64,000 bases of DNA from the human T2T-CHM13v2.0 reference genome, Homo sapiens, in assembly GCF_009914755.1 (NCBI RefSeq), contig NC_060939.1. One strand, written 5' to 3'. Positions within the stretch are counted from its first letter, which is position 1. Each line of letters begins with the position of its first letter. The notes below the pieces were generated by a model, which worked only from the letters and a program-made list of their open reading frames with translations, searched no databases and was not told the origin of the DNA. Of this stretch, positions 46,515-62,639 are shown in pieces. A program made the position numbers and the translations under genes.

Positions 46515-48436
46515 TTAGCATCAAGTGGCTGGAACTTGAGACATAGAACATGGATCTGATCTAACAATTGGCAGCTTGAATGCTCTGTCTTTCACACTGT
46601 ACCTATTCATTTCCTGCCGACTGCCTTGGATTATAGATAGGGCTGGCTGAGGTTTTTCTCTTAATTTTCTTGGCAACTCATGACTTCTGGCTGCAAAGAC
46701 TTTTCAGATGGTCTCTTGGACATCAAACAGCTACAGACCAACATTTGGTTACATAAAGTGCAAATGAATCATGAACATGTGGATTATATTTCTATTCAAA
46801 TACACAGCGATTTCAAATTATGGGAAATGGACTATGGGCTGTACAAATTAGCACGAGGTTTGGGAAGTCAATGGAAATGCTGAACAGATTCTCAGTTATG
46901 TCCATCTACTCTTCCCCAAAACATTCTTCCTTAGCACCCTAGAAATTACAGCTATTTAATTCAAGGGAACGCTGAACGCTAGTCTTTTCTGCAAGAGAGA
47001 GGGAAGGCCAAATGAATTTGCCCAAGGTTCTTAGGGTTTATTTATTTTGTCCCAAAGCCAGCAAAGACTGAACAACATGCAAAATATATCCTCCCTTCCC
47101 CTTGGCTTCCGTGTTGGAACTTTCTTAATTTTATCTCTCTTCAGTCTCTTCCCTGTCTTGGTGTTGCATCTCTGTTGGATGTCTTTTCCATTGCTTGTTT
47201 CTTCAATGTTGAAATTTTATAAGGCTTCATGCATAGCCCATTTTTTTTGGTATTGTTGTTATTTTTGTTTTCTTCTGTCTCTGCTGCTTGAATCAGAACT
47301 TAGTCCATTTTTCTTACTGTGCTTTCTATATTGTTTTAAATCAGAACCTTTGACTTCAACTACTTTCTATACACCAGTGATGTTCATATTTCTATCCCCA
47401 TCCCAGATCTCTCTCCTGACCTCCAGTTCCTGCATCCATATGCCCATCAGACATCTCTACTCTCTGTAGCCCACAGATGCTCCAAACCATATGTCCAAAC
47501 TGAGCTCATCATCTTTCTCATCATTCCAGTTTTTTTCCCTGCATTCATTATTTTAGTAACTAGAAGTATCAGTCACCAATGCCATTATTTAATTAGTTTA
47601 GGCAATTTTGAGTCTTCACTCAATGCCTGACACTGTATGCCAGACACTGAGTTAGATCAGGGAACACAAAGATGAATAAGAGCTAGTATTTGGCCTCAAT
47701 GTGTTCACAACCCAGTGGAGAAGATGGACATGTCAACAAATAATTACAGAGAAAGCCCAGCATTAGAAATATGCAGAGAATCTTAGTAGCGTGGGAAAGG
47801 GGCATGAATTATATCAGTGGTGGGGAGCATTCAAAGGAGAATTTTAGAAGGGTGATCCCTGAGCTGGCAATCAAAGGGTGAGAAAGGTAAAGGAAGAGAG
47901 GGGACAGATGCACAAAAGCATGGAGGTGACAGACAGCAGTGAAAGCAGACAATTAGCACAATTTCGGCTTTGCTGGAGCCTGGCATTTGAAGCAAGTAGA
48001 CAGGGCTTAGTTATATAAAGGCTTACATGCCTTATTCAGAAGGTTTGGGATTTTTTTCAGATAGTTTATATAGTCTCTCAGTCGAGTGTTCAATGGCAAA
48101 TATAAAGGTCAGACTTCTTCCCCTCCTCCTCTTCCTCTTCCTTCTTCTTCTTTCTTGAGAGAGGGTCTCCCTATGTTGCCCAGGCTGGTCTTGAATTCCT
48201 GGTCTCAAGCAATCTTCCTACCCCAGTCTCCTCTCTTAAAGTGTTGGGATGCAGGTGTGAGCCACTGTGCCTGGCCAAAAGGTCAGATTTCTATGGTTAT
48301 GAGAGAGGATGAATTTGAGAGAGTAAGAATGGATAAAGGTAGAGAAATTAGGAGACTCTTGGGTTATTCTGGCTGAATAGTATGAAAGCCTAAGCCAGGA
48401 AGTGGCAGAGAAGTCAGTGGGTCTGAGAGATGTTTA

Positions 48437-48836
<400 letters not shown>

Positions 48837-49354
48837 CTATCTGGGTTGGGTAATGTGGAATATAGTAATGGTGCTAGCAGAGAAAACACAAGGCGCTCAG
48901 AAATATTCTTGATATATTAGACTGTGGTTCCTTGAACTCATCCTCCTATTTCCTGTCCTTGTACCATGGTGCATACTGGTGCCTGTGACTCAAACATGCC
49001 CATCACCCTTTTCCAGCTGGCCATCTCACCCGAGGTTCAGAGTCAATTCATTCGTCTATCCAGCATTTATCTGACCTAACTCAGCAGGGTCTGTGCCTTC
49101 TTCTGTGCTCCCACATCTCCCAGGGCTAAGCTTTATCCCCCAAATCACCCCACTGTAATGTACTTGCCTCTGTCCCCTCTGTCAGTCTCCAATAGAGAGG
49201 TTTTGAGGACAGAAGCCCAGCAGCCATTCAGTTGCTCTTTGCTGACTACTGAATGCATCTTGGGAAGAAATGAAGTTTGTTCTTTTTAGTTACAGAATTG
49301 AAATCTAATGCATCAGAGAAATGAGGACAACATAGATGGCATCTGAGCTTTGAT

Positions 49355-49617
49355 TTTTCTTTCTTTCTTCTTATTATTTTTGGAGATGGGGCTCGCTCTG
49401 TCACCCAGGCTGGATTGCAGTGGCACAATCACAGCTCACCACAGCCTCGACCTCCTGGGCTCAAGTAATCCTCCCACTTCAGCCTCCAGAGTAGCTGGGA
49501 TTACTGGTGCATGCCAACATGACCAATTAATTTTTTTTTCAGAGATGGGGGTCTCACTATGTTGCCCAGGCTGGTCTTGAACTCCTGGACTCAAATAATC
49601 TGGCCACCTTGGCCTCC
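49355..49617 (-). mobile_element. AluJ, 5'-truncated
   Basis: Alu reverse complement; flanking ctgagctttgatttt repeat. Confidence 0.85.
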
Positions 49618-50149
49618 TGAGCTTTGATTTTGTGACAGTTGTAACCAGTATGATCTCAGGGAAAGAGGAAAGATACAGGCAACATGTTCTATGACCATCT
49701 AACAATGTGATTTGGGGCTATAACAACTTCTCTGGCTATTAGGTGAGTGGGAAGTTTCACTTGTGTGAGTGAATGGCCAATACCCTGGAAGCAAAGCATC
49801 TGGGCTCAGGCCTTTCAGGGACCAGGGTGGGAGGAGGATGGCTGATGGAAAGCAGTAGCACTGGTGAAAACAGTAAGGTGACAACAGGAGGCTCCAAGGA
49901 GGAGAGCTCAGTCACAGGGCTCTAGGTGGGCCTTTCCATTGATTCCTTAACAGTGCAGGATGGGTGTCAGCTGCAAATGAGATTCTTGTAAAGGGCAAGG
50001 ACAGGAACAGGCTAAGGTTTCAGGGGCAGAGGAAGAAGGAGCAGCAGAGGGAGGAGGAAAGATGAAAAAATGCCTCTAGAGAAACAGTGGAGCTGTTGGA
50101 GCAGAAATGGTGGAGGCACAGAGAGAGCAACCTGAGTAGGAATTCCTAG

Positions 50150-50445
50150 CCTGCAGTGGGGCTGGGTCCACTGTGTATGGTGCAGACATGGAGACAGCAA
50201 CCCAAGTGAGCTCCAAGCCTACAGTGGGCCTGTGTCCACTGTGTCCATAGCAGATGGTGCAGGCATGGAGACAGCAACCCAAGTGAGTTCTAAGCCAACA
50301 GTGGGGCTGTGTCCACTGCAGATGTTGCAGGCATGGAGCCAGCAGCCCAGATAAGCTCCAAGCCTACAGTGGGGTTGTGTCTACTGCAGATGGGGTAGGC
50401 ATAGAGTCAGTAACCCAAGTGAGCTCCAAGCTTAGAGTGGGGCTG
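50150..50445. repeat. About 60-70 bp minisatellite, about 4 diverged copies
   Basis: Repeated gcatggagacagcaacccaagtgagctccaagcctacagtggg...tgtccactg. Confidence 0.85.
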
Positions 50446-51543
50446 ATCTGGGGGAGCCTCCAGAACTTGACAGCCTCACTACTGATTTATTTTGGCTCTG
50501 TGGTCGATGTAAAGGAAGAGAAAAGTGTGAGATGACCTGGAAGGAGTTGAGAAGGCATCCTGGGGGGACTGGAAATACCTTTGAGGCTAAGCCTAATGTC
50601 ATCCCCTCTGTGAGGTCTTGTCTGTGTTTTCATTGTTGGAGTTCTTCTTTCCCTCGAGCTCACTCCTGGCCTTTAAGTCATCCAGTCTACCCCCACTCTG
50701 TGTTCTTAGTTCTGCAGTCACCACTTTTGGACATAGGGCTGAGATCTGATCTTTGCAACTTGACTCTGGGGCCTTCCTTGAGAACAGAGCTCTGGCCTTT
50801 TGTGCTAACTCTCTGTACTTTAAACTGCCTCAGTGAGTAGATCTGGCCTTGGGTGGACCATTGGCCTCTTTCTGGTTGACATCCATCCAAACACATTCAG
50901 TTTCCCTTGGAGAGGTGGAATTCAGACAACAATCCTTTGTCCCCCCTGGCTTAGCAATCTGTGGCAGCATGAGCTGGAATACTCCGCATTCCAGCCAAGC
51001 CTCTGCCCCCTCCAGGTTTTCCTAGCTAGAACAACTCAATAATTTCTGCAAGACAAAACTGACTTAAGGTAGGAAGAGCAGAACTTACTTACCATCTTCC
51101 AAATGATGTACTTATTACTTGCTTATCTCCACCTCAAGGGGGAGCAAAGATATGATGCCCCAGGGATTAACCCAGGACTTTCATGTTAGTTCTGGTTCCT
51201 AACTCATTCCTGGGTGCCATGTGTTACTCTCTGGGTCCCCTATTGCTTCTTGGGTCCCTGTAATGGGCTGGTATTGGAGTCACTTTACTTTTTCCCTTTA
51301 CTACAACAGACAATCCAGATGAACCTCCACAGTCAGTCAGCCAGCCAGATAGTGGCCATAAGTGTCAATTGATATTTGTCAGTTTCTTTCCTGCTCTTGT
51401 CTAGTTTGGAGGAGATAACCAAACTTTGATGGCATTCTACAATGTGCTGCTGACCACAATATGCCTTAATTCAGAGAGGTAATACAGGTGAAGTGATTAG
51501 CACAGTACCTGGCACAGAGTAAACACTCAGGAAATGGTAGCTG

Positions 51544-51795
51544 CCATCACTACCATCACCATCATCACCATCATAAACACCACCAGCTACCACCACCATC
51601 ATCACCATCATAAACACCATCAACCACCACCACACCATCATCACTATCGTCCCCATCATCACCACCACCACCACCACCACCATCATCACTATTATCACCA
51701 CTACCATGATCACCATCATCACTATTTTCAACACTACCATGACTGCCATCATCATAACCACCACCATCATTGCCATCATCACTACTACCACCATC
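51544..51795. repeat. (CAC/CAT)n low-complexity triplet repeat
   Basis: Degenerate caccatcat array. Confidence 0.95.
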
Positions 51796-53127
51796 ACTCA
51801 GTCTGTGCTTTTGCCCTTCTTTGAATGTTGAATGAGGCTCAATTTGTCCTTCACATGAATGTTGAAAAATAATAAAGCATTTAAAAATCCATAAATTGAT
51901 ATAATGGCCTGCCTCTATAATGTTCTGAATGCAAAAACAAATGATGAAGGCAGTGAACATTTTAAAACTAATGAGCTGGTTGAATAAGAACATTGATTAT
52001 TAGGTGCACTTACCATCCGCAGAGTTGAAGGCATTGGGGTTAATGATTACACATTAGACTGAAAAATAGTTTACTGGCATTTTCTGAGCCAGCCCCATCT
52101 CCCATGCGGTCACTGTCATGTAAGTTGTCACATGTCACTCCATTCAGTGTGGCAGCTCTCCATGGGAATGTGTGGGAAGTGGCCAAGGGTTTGAGAGACA
52201 ATGCTGGCTCTTCTGATGACAGGGCCTGGAAGATGTTGCAGGCCATTTGCTACACAAGGCCCCGGTGGAGAATGAAGAAGCCAAGTTTTAGAGGTTTGTG
52301 ATCTTGGGATGATGCTGGCAGGCAATGGCTCAGCTCCTGAAGTGTTAAATGTGATTTGACAGCGTCAGCTGAGAACTCAGAGGTCCAGGCAATGGGAAAC
52401 GGGAGGAAGTCGGCTGTGGGAACTGGTCCCGGGGCTGCTGTAGGTCTGGCCCCTCGGGAACACTACAGATCCATTATATAACAGGGAGTGGTGCAGTTGG
52501 ACTGGATTTGGGCTGTCTGCCCCGCAGAAGTGGCCTGTGCTGAATCTGGTAGGGGCAGTAACTTGTGGCTTTGGGAGAATGAAGTAGGGGCCGACTATAC
52601 AGTCCAGTCTCTACGCTAGAGGCCGCTAAACAAGAGGGAACATACGGCCAAGGGGCAGGGTTTAGGGCGGGCTCCAGGCCCAACAGGGAAGGCACAGGCC
52701 AGGCAACAGCAGCGGGAGGCAGGCTAGGCAGACCAAGTCAATACATGAGACCTGGGAGGACTCAGGGCTCATTCCAGGCACAGTAGATCCTATGCCCACA
52801 GCAGTGCAGGTCACTGCGGGCCTCGCGTGCCAAGCTCTCTGAGCCCCCCAACATCCTGGCAGCCCAGTCACAATCAGCTCAGGGCTGGGGAAGGCCCGGT
52901 AGCAACTGGAAGCATCTGTGTCCATAGCCCTGAGGGGCTGGGGGGCACAAGGACTAGCTGAGGAAGGGGACCCAATCATCTGAAGGGAGAACAATCCAAG
53001 GGACTGTTGAGTGTGTGGGGGACACCAACAAACTGTCAGTGCTAGGGGCCAGTAAGGGGTGCTGCTAATGGGGGCACAGCCAGCGGCCAAGAGGGAACAG
53101 AAATTGGAATGTGTATGGGTGGCTGAA

Positions 53128-53381
<254 letters not shown>

Positions 53382-55489
53382 ATGGGTGGCTGAAGTTATG
53401 TCTCTCCCAAGGTGGTTTAACTGGTAAGAGGCAGGACCTTTCATTCTTCGTTATAGACAGTTGGGTGTAACAAAAACCTGTTCCCTCGGCTCCTTTTATG
53501 CAGGGGAGGGATGGCAAGGATTTGGGTTTGTGTATGGGAAGAGGTCATATAGAAAGAATGAAAGAAATAGAGAGAAGACCTCCCCAAATGTGGTTTCTCC
53601 CCAACCCCCTAAAGCTCATTCCAGCTTTCCAGCTTTTCTAATTTGTGGTTATAATTGGGATGGTGCCATTCTGACCCCCACCCATTCTTCCAGGTTGAGG
53701 GACATAGTCTAGAGAGGAAGGAGGTGTGCAAAGAAGCTTGGTGCTTTGGGGTCTCTTCCTGGGGCTGGTGGTAGAAACTCAGAAGTCAGTGTCAAGGACC
53801 TTTCATCTGAGATGCACATGCATGAGATTCCTAAGCCAAGAGGCCAAAAACAACAGGCCCACAGCTCTAGCTTAATTTCAACACTGCTGCAAACTCAGAA
53901 ATGTTAACCTCAAAAGACATGGTGTCTGGCTAGTGATTCCCAATGTAGCCTCCTGATCTTCCCACCAAAGTCCCTAGGAACATACAGAATAAGATAAAAG
54001 CTTGTCATCAACGCTGGAAACTAGACATCTAGGTTGTCGTAGAGGCATGTGAATTGTTTGAGGAAGTCATTCAACAAATATTTGTTGAGCATCTACTCTG
54101 TGCCAGACATCGTTCTAGGCACTTGGGATAAATCGGTGAACAAAACAAAGATCTCCTCCTCATTGAGAATACAATCTCTTCATAAATGCATAGTTCTGGC
54201 CTCCCAAAGACTAGGGCTTCCCATATTTTTATACAAATGTATATCCCCTCCCCCCTGTTTTAAAATATATGTAATATATAATATATATTTATATATAAAT
54301 ATATATATACACTTTTTTTTAAGAGACAGGGTTTTGCTATATTGCCCAGGCTGGTCTCAAACCCCAGGGTTCAAGCAATTCTCCCACCTTCGCCTCCCAA
54401 AGTGCTGGGACTACAGGTATGAGCCACCATACCTGGCCCTATTTCCTCCCTTTTTGTCAAGGAACAAACATGTTTCTTTTGGCAAAAAATAAATTAGCAA
54501 ATACAGAAAAAATAAATAATCCCACTAGCCTGAGATAATCTTTGTTCAAACATTGGCATACAGCCAATAAGCTATTAACAAAAAAAATTATGTACAAACA
54601 TGCAACCTTATTTATTTCCATGTGATTGAATGTCGACTCTTAAATCTCCATTGTTGTGGATGATGGAAAGTTAATTTTGTCAATTCAAAGTAAATTTAGT
54701 CACTCTAAACTTAAAACACAGTCTCCTCTGGGTAACTACTCACTCAATTCAGGATTTTCCCTGCTGGGCTGCTGTGTAGTATGGTGGTGTTTGGAAGGTG
54801 CACACAACTCGCAGTTGCCTCTCTGCTGGAATTCATTGCGGATGTCACCTGTCAGCCTCTCCTTTGTCCAGGGAGGTCCCATCCTCACCACATGGGCTGC
54901 CGAGACATCTGGTTCTCTGATCCGTGAAGGTCATCCTGCTTCCTCTGTGTCTGACTGTCAAGAGCTCCCTGGGGCAGCTGGCACATCAGGACAATCCTGG
55001 GTACCTCTTCAAGGCACAGGAAACTTTCAGCTATACTCCCACCCCCAAAGGAAGACTCGGGAGAGTGTCCCAGAATCTTTGTCTAAATATCCCAGGTGGA
55101 TATTTCTACTCTGTGTAGACTCACACTCAAAGAGGCTCTTTTCTCCCAGAATCTCAGGCAGGGAGTGGGATACAGGTCTCTGAGCAGTTTTCTCCAGTGT
55201 GGATGGCCCCTATCTCTCGGTGCCGACTTCGGAAAGGAGCAGAGTGGGCAGAGACCCTCTCAGGCTCCAACCTGTGGCCTTTGAACGTCACCCTCCCTTC
55301 AGCTGGGCAGACTTTTATCTGCTTTTGGATAAGAAGAAAGCTGCTCAGATAGCATCTCATGTTCTACCCAAGTTCGTGGTTAATGACATAAATTTTGCGC
55401 TTTGCATCCTCCAGGCTTTTCTCTTTGTAGTCAAAGCCAAGCTTTTTGCATCAAAGAAACAAACAAAATAAAAACAAATCAAATATATT

Positions 55490-56500
<1,011 letters not shown>

Positions 56501-56796
56501 TTTGTCAAAGGCTTGATTCATATCATTATGAACCATGGTTTTCAGTATTATGGTCTTTGCTACTGATTTAACAAAGTCTATTTAGAAATTCTAAAGCCAA
56601 TGCTTTGACTTATTTTTTTTTAATAATCATATAGATGGCATGAATTGAAAGTGAAAAGCCCAAAGGGATATTGAAAAGCTCATGGTGAAAATAAAAATAA
56701 AAAACTCAATTTTATTCTCCAGATCTGATCTTGTTTCATGTATGTGGATCGTATTTACACCATGTTTTTTTGTAAGCGGTTTTATTCACTTAATAA

Positions 56797-57250
<454 letters not shown>

Positions 57251-58599
57251 TAAAATGCAAGGCCAGTTTCTGGCCCTCACAGTGCTCCTGGCACAGCTGC
57301 AGCATCCTGCAGTTTCAGAGCCTAGGCAGTTCATTCAATAATCAGAGTAAGGAAGGGTCAGGAAGTGCCAGTGTAGGGTCCCCACCCTCACCCAGGGGTG
57401 ATGATGGCTCTCAGGGAGCTGTTCTGACTCCAGGTGCTGATAGCAGAGTTTCTCTGGCAACCTGTAGCACTGCCTTGAGAAATGATTATCTAAAGTATAT
57501 TTGCATGGGGGTGAGGGGTGCAGAGGGAGTACGAGAGTCACAGTGTCTTGGCAGTGGATTGAGCAGAGTGATGGTGATGCCAGTGGCCACGACTCTTTGG
57601 AGCCCTGAGTGGTAGCAGTGATATTGAGGCCAGAGGCACCACGGCAGGGGGCCCATCCCAGAAAGACCTGGGGCCCTTGGCTGGTGACAGATAACTCAGG
57701 GACTAGACCAGGATCTGTCTCACTTGCTTTCCTGGTAAGTTTTTCTCTCTATCAAACAGAGCAGGTTTTCCCTCCCATTCAGTCTCACATTGCTATGTCC
57801 AGAAAATCATCACACTCTTCCACCAGAGGGGTGGATATTACTTTCTCAGTTTTCAGTTTTGTTTGCCCACTCACTGTATATTCTTTTGGTCTTTCCAATG
57901 GTGATCCAAGGATTTATTTAACCCAGCAGTCAAATTGGTCATTTTAAATAATAGTACATCTTGTCCAAGTCCAAAAATAAAATGTCCTGGTATGAGAAGG
58001 CAAGCGGAGGAAATTGGGTAGAGTAGGCTGAAAATGTTTTATAGCACCATTACCCGGAGCCCAAGCCCCTTTTTCATTTATCCCTTTTTTGTCCCGGCAT
58101 GGCAGGAGTCAGAGCGCCTTCTGTTTGTCTTGATTAAAGTCAGCCTCCACCTTCCCCCGAGCCCAGTTGCCCTTCTCAGGACACAGGCTGCATTCACCAT
58201 GGGTCTCTCTGCCCAAGCTCTTTGCAGATTTTATGAAAGGCGTTTTCACTTGGATTAAACAGGCGCTGTGTTTGTGTGTGGTGTGTGTGAAGGAGAAAAT
58301 GAATCACTTCAACTTTGGGCAAGGATTTTAGGTGTAGTGTTTGTCCCATGCAATTACATAAACACACCAGAACTCATTAAAAAAAAAAAGTAGAAGAGGG
58401 GGGCAGAGATTCAAGTGCTTGCGATGATCTAAACAGTGCGGCACATTTTCCATACATTAGACCTCAGAAAGGGTTGTGTTCTGCCCTCTCACAACAGACT
58501 CCAAGTCCAAAGGAAAGTTTGAGGTTTTACATTTCTGTTTGTGGTACAGGAAAAGGCTTATGCTCTGAGGGCTTGATTCAGTGAAATAACATTGCCTTT

Positions 58600-58907
58600 A
58601 TACACATTTGCTTCTCAAGGAGGGCAGGAGTTGGAAGCGACCGTTGTGAAACGTTAAAGATTTTCTGGCAGAGGGAAAGGGATTTTTTTTTTCTCCCTCC
58701 CTGCCGAGGAAAAAACAGTTCTAACGAGGAGTTACTTTGTAGTTTTAACTCATATTCAAATACTCCCAGCCGAGAAGCTGCCATCGATCCTCCCATGGAC
58801 CCCTGATCCTGGTTTGGAGGAACTTTTCACAGCTCTCTCTCCCTCCCTCAAACCCTGTGCAATGAGTTTGCAGAAGAGAGTCTTCCCGAGAAGGCAGAAC
58901 GGTGAGT
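58600..58907 (+). other. Candidate non-coding first exon of the downstream gene (IL16 by recalled synteny)
   Basis: Repeat-free, locally CpG-retaining stretch ending in a strong donor ACG|GTGAGT at 58901/58902. Gene identity and the start position rest on memory of the locus only. Confidence 0.45.
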
Positions 58908-59029
58908 GGAGCTCCTTCTCCTATCCCAGGGGACTCAGGGGAGGTTGGAATGGAGGGGTGGACCCTTCCTGACATCCTCCCAGGGGAATGGAAGCATGGT
59001 TTTGGTCCCACTGTGTAGTATATGAGTGA

Positions 59030-59089
59030 GTGTGTGTGTGCACACGTGTGAGTGTGTGTGCACACGTGTAAGTGTGTGCACACGTGTGC
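59030..59089. repeat. Alternating purine-pyrimidine tract with three CACACGTGT palindromic cores
   Basis: cacgtg at 59043, 59063 and 59081 embedded in (TG)n. Confidence 0.9.
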
Positions 59090-60275
59090 TACAATAGGAC
59101 ACAATGCCTGTCTTTGCAGAGGCTGGCTGAGTGCTCACCAAGTGCTTGGCAGAGAGTTCGGGAAGGGCAATTGCAGGACCCCCACAGGGGAGGAGAGTGA
59201 ACCCTGGCCAGGGCAATGGTTTTCCATGTGCCCCGGCTTCCTCTTCAAGGGGCAGAGGCATCAGTGTCTAAAACGCTAGCTGTCAGGGTCCCCACCAGTT
59301 CCGCTCCAGTTTCAGCAGAAGCAGAACAGAAGAGGGAGCTGCTCAGCTCCGGGAGAAGTGAACGGAGTGCTGGTCTCTGGAGCAGATCTGAGAACTGGGA
59401 GGGGCCTCCATCCAGATCCCCTACCTTCCTGCAGGTACAGCCCAACAGATGAGAGCATTTCTTATTAAAATCTTCTTCTTTTGCTCTGGAAACATAAACA
59501 GGCATCAGGGCAGAACGTTTTAACCCTTCTGCCCAACTTTTAAAGTTAACACTGGCGAAACTTCAGCTCTGTTGCAACTTTGGCATAAGAGAGTAAACAC
59601 ATGGTTTTCCTTAAAAAGGAGAAGTAAGCAAGTCAAAGGCATATTCTGACTTTTCTAGCTACAGAAAGATATGGCTAGAACCCTGGCATCTACTTGCTTA
59701 GGTTGCATTAAGGCATCCGCTGAAGTCTGAAGAAAGGCAGTGGGGTGTAGGGAATAAGAACCTGGGCCATGGGGCGTGGCCACCTGGGATGGAATCTTGG
59801 CTCTGAGGGTAACAGGCTCCTTGATCTTGGAAAAGGCATTCAAAGGCTCACTTTCCTCCTTTGCAAAACGGTGGTCATAAATTCTTACCTCAGAGGACGG
59901 CAGAAACAATAACTAAGATAAAGTGTGTGAAATGACCCAAATGGCATGTACGTATTCAGAGGATATGTCAGCTCTCCTAAGCAGGCTGCTCCCCTCTTCT
60001 CTCACAGCAACCATCATAGATATACAGGCTTGAGGATGAAGAAAAGAGTGCTTGAGGGCCCAAAGTAGCCCTGGCTCTTCGTATAGCAGAAAGTAGGGTG
60101 AGCATTCAGGCGGCCTCCCTTTGGAGGCAGATGACATGGATGCATTTACTTCCACTGGGGATCTTCGAGGGTGGGACTTGACCTGGTGTTTACTAGGTGC
60201 TCCGTGTTTGGTGAAACCATTTTATTCACTCTGATTCACAGGGAGGTCTTACCACTTCCTACCCTGGCTGCACTG

Positions 60276-60660
60276 CCTTTGGTTGGGTTTCCCTGGTAAC
60301 AGATGGTGAGACAGAGATTTGCGCATAGGAAGTTCATTGGTGTGTGCTCTGGGAACAACACCAGCGTGGGGTGAGGGAGACAGAACCAGACAGATGGAGA
60401 AGTTGGGCTGTGATGCAGTTGCAACACTGGCCTCAGCGGATCCAGGGGATCTTATGGGGTTTTGTATCCCTGCAGTGACCAGTCATTGCTTGTGGGCTGC
60501 CCCTGGAATCCAGGCATAACCTTGGGTGAGGCAACTGTCTTTGGCTGAAGGCAGTTTCCCGAGAGGGACTCAGTTGTGAGTTGTCACAGGCAACACTTAT
60601 GTCAGCTGTGGGAATGAACACCTCGGTCCAGGGGTGAGGAGCTTATCCGGGCGATGCCCC
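60276..60660. mobile_element. Ancient ERVL LTR (LTR16-like)
   Basis: gggtttccctggtaacagatggtgagacagagatttgcgcatagg resembles the recalled consensus. Confidence 0.5.
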
Positions 60661-62639
60661 ATCAACTACTCAATACATTTGACACAGTGCCTTCTTTCTC
60701 TGAGTTAGGCTGTTAGAAGATTGGGCATTCACATGCAGGGACACCTGTCCAGTTAAATCCTTGCATAGAAGTGTGCCTTTGGATAAGCCCCTTTCCATAT
60801 CTGGGACTCAGTGTCCCTGTCTATAAAGTGGATGGAAGGGTGTTGGACTAGACATGGCCTCTAAAAACACTCCAGCTCTGCTATTTCACATGTGCAGATT
60901 CTGAGCATGTGGTCATGGTGGTTGGATGTGTCCTCAATAATAGTTGGGTCCTGTGGTCTCCACCATAGGTGCCTTGACTCCTTCTGCTGGGAAATAGGAA
61001 TCGAGTCACCTGGGGATCCTTGGGACTTGGCCCCTGTCAGCAAGGAGGGGCTGGGCCTGTGGGAAGCAGAGGGAGGCTCTGCATAGGGCTGGAGGGTGGG
61101 GCGTAGGGTTTGAGGAGGATTCTGCTGCACACCTTCCCCCACCATCCCCCCAACGTCTCTCCAATAAAAAAAGTAAAACCACATGAGACACTGCCATATG
61201 TCTTTGATAGTTAAGAGCTATGTAATGTTGCCCGGGACAAGCATGGATATAGTTTTATTACTCTCCGTCTCCTCCTAATTTCCTATTTACTTTTCAATAT
61301 ACAAAGAGTGAAATCACTTTCCCAAACACTTGGAATTCATTTTCATTGCTTTTTTTCTTTTCTTTTCCTTTTTTTTTTTTTGACAGGATCTCATCTGTCG
61401 CCCAGGCTAGAGTGCAGTGGCATGATCATGGCTCACTATGGCCTCAACCTCCTGGGTTCAAGTAGTTCTCCCACCTCACCCTCCTTAGTAGCTGAGACTA
61501 CAGGAGCGTGCCACCATGCCTGGCTAAATTTTATTTTTTTGTAGAGATGGAGTCTTCCTATGTTGCTCAGGCTGGTGAGCCACTGTGCCCAGCCTGGAAT
61601 TTATTTTCAACAAATTATTTATTTAGAGTATTCTAGGCTTCAAGCACTGTGCTGGGCTCTGGGGATCTAATGGGACACATTAAACAAACAACTGTACACA
61701 CATAAATATAACGGCAAAGAGGGTTAAGTTCTATGGGAGGCTGTAACAGGGAACTGGCCTAGTCTGGCAGATCAGCGTGGGGCTTCCCTGAGGAGGTGCT
61801 ATTTGAGTTGTTTTCTGAAGGGTGTGTGGGAGTTACACTGGGGCAGAGATGGAGAAGCAAATGGGCGAATTGTAGAATAGGGATGGGAAAAGAAAGTGTT
61901 TTAAATCTTACCAGCTTAACCTAGCCACTGTGAGTTTTTTAAGTGTACATCCATCCAGTCTGTTTTTCTTGCAGCATCTTAAACAAATTATGGTGACTTG
62001 TTAGCTAAGGGAATAAGATCTTTTTGCTGGTGGGGCAAGGTTTTGCCTGTGTATCAGCCAGTTGTCTCTGTTCCCCACATCTGGCAGCCAACCCCTCAGT
62101 GTGCATCCCTCACTACCAGAGGCCTCGCCCTGAACCCTGGAAAGCCCTCAGTAATACCAGCAGCTCCCTCTTCCTGAGTGCTTTCAGCACCAGGCATTGA
62201 TTTAGGATCAACCTGCATGAGCACTGACTCATTTGATCTTACCTACAGCGCTTTATTTTTATTTTTATTTTTTATTTTTACCTACAGCACTGTGGGGTAC
62301 ATGCTGTTGTCTTTACTTCTCAGGTGAACCAAAACAAGACACAGGGAGTTTAACCAGGTGGTGAGTGGCAGGACAGATTTGAACACAGGCGGGTCTATTC
62401 CATCCTAAAGCCTGTACTCTTAGTAAGCAGTATGCAGCTGAAAAAGCACGGTGAGCTTTCTACATATCCATACTGCTCACATGCTGATGCTTCCACTCGA
62501 CATTGGGTTGTGGATAACTTCTCAGTTCCGACAAAGTTATCTGAACCACCAGTCTTACCAACCTCAGAAAAACAGATCAGATGCCTGTGCAGTAATTTAT
62601 TTAACCATTCCCCAATTATGGACATCTTGGCTTGCTTTC

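Noticed and set aside
51471-51993. His-rich, Met/Val-rich and Asp/Gly-rich ORFs
   Set aside because: Translations of a (CAC/CAT)n simple repeat in different frames.
54656-55183. 175-aa ORF
   Set aside because: GTG start, no recognisable family, and the local duplicate carries indels, so no sign of coding constraint.
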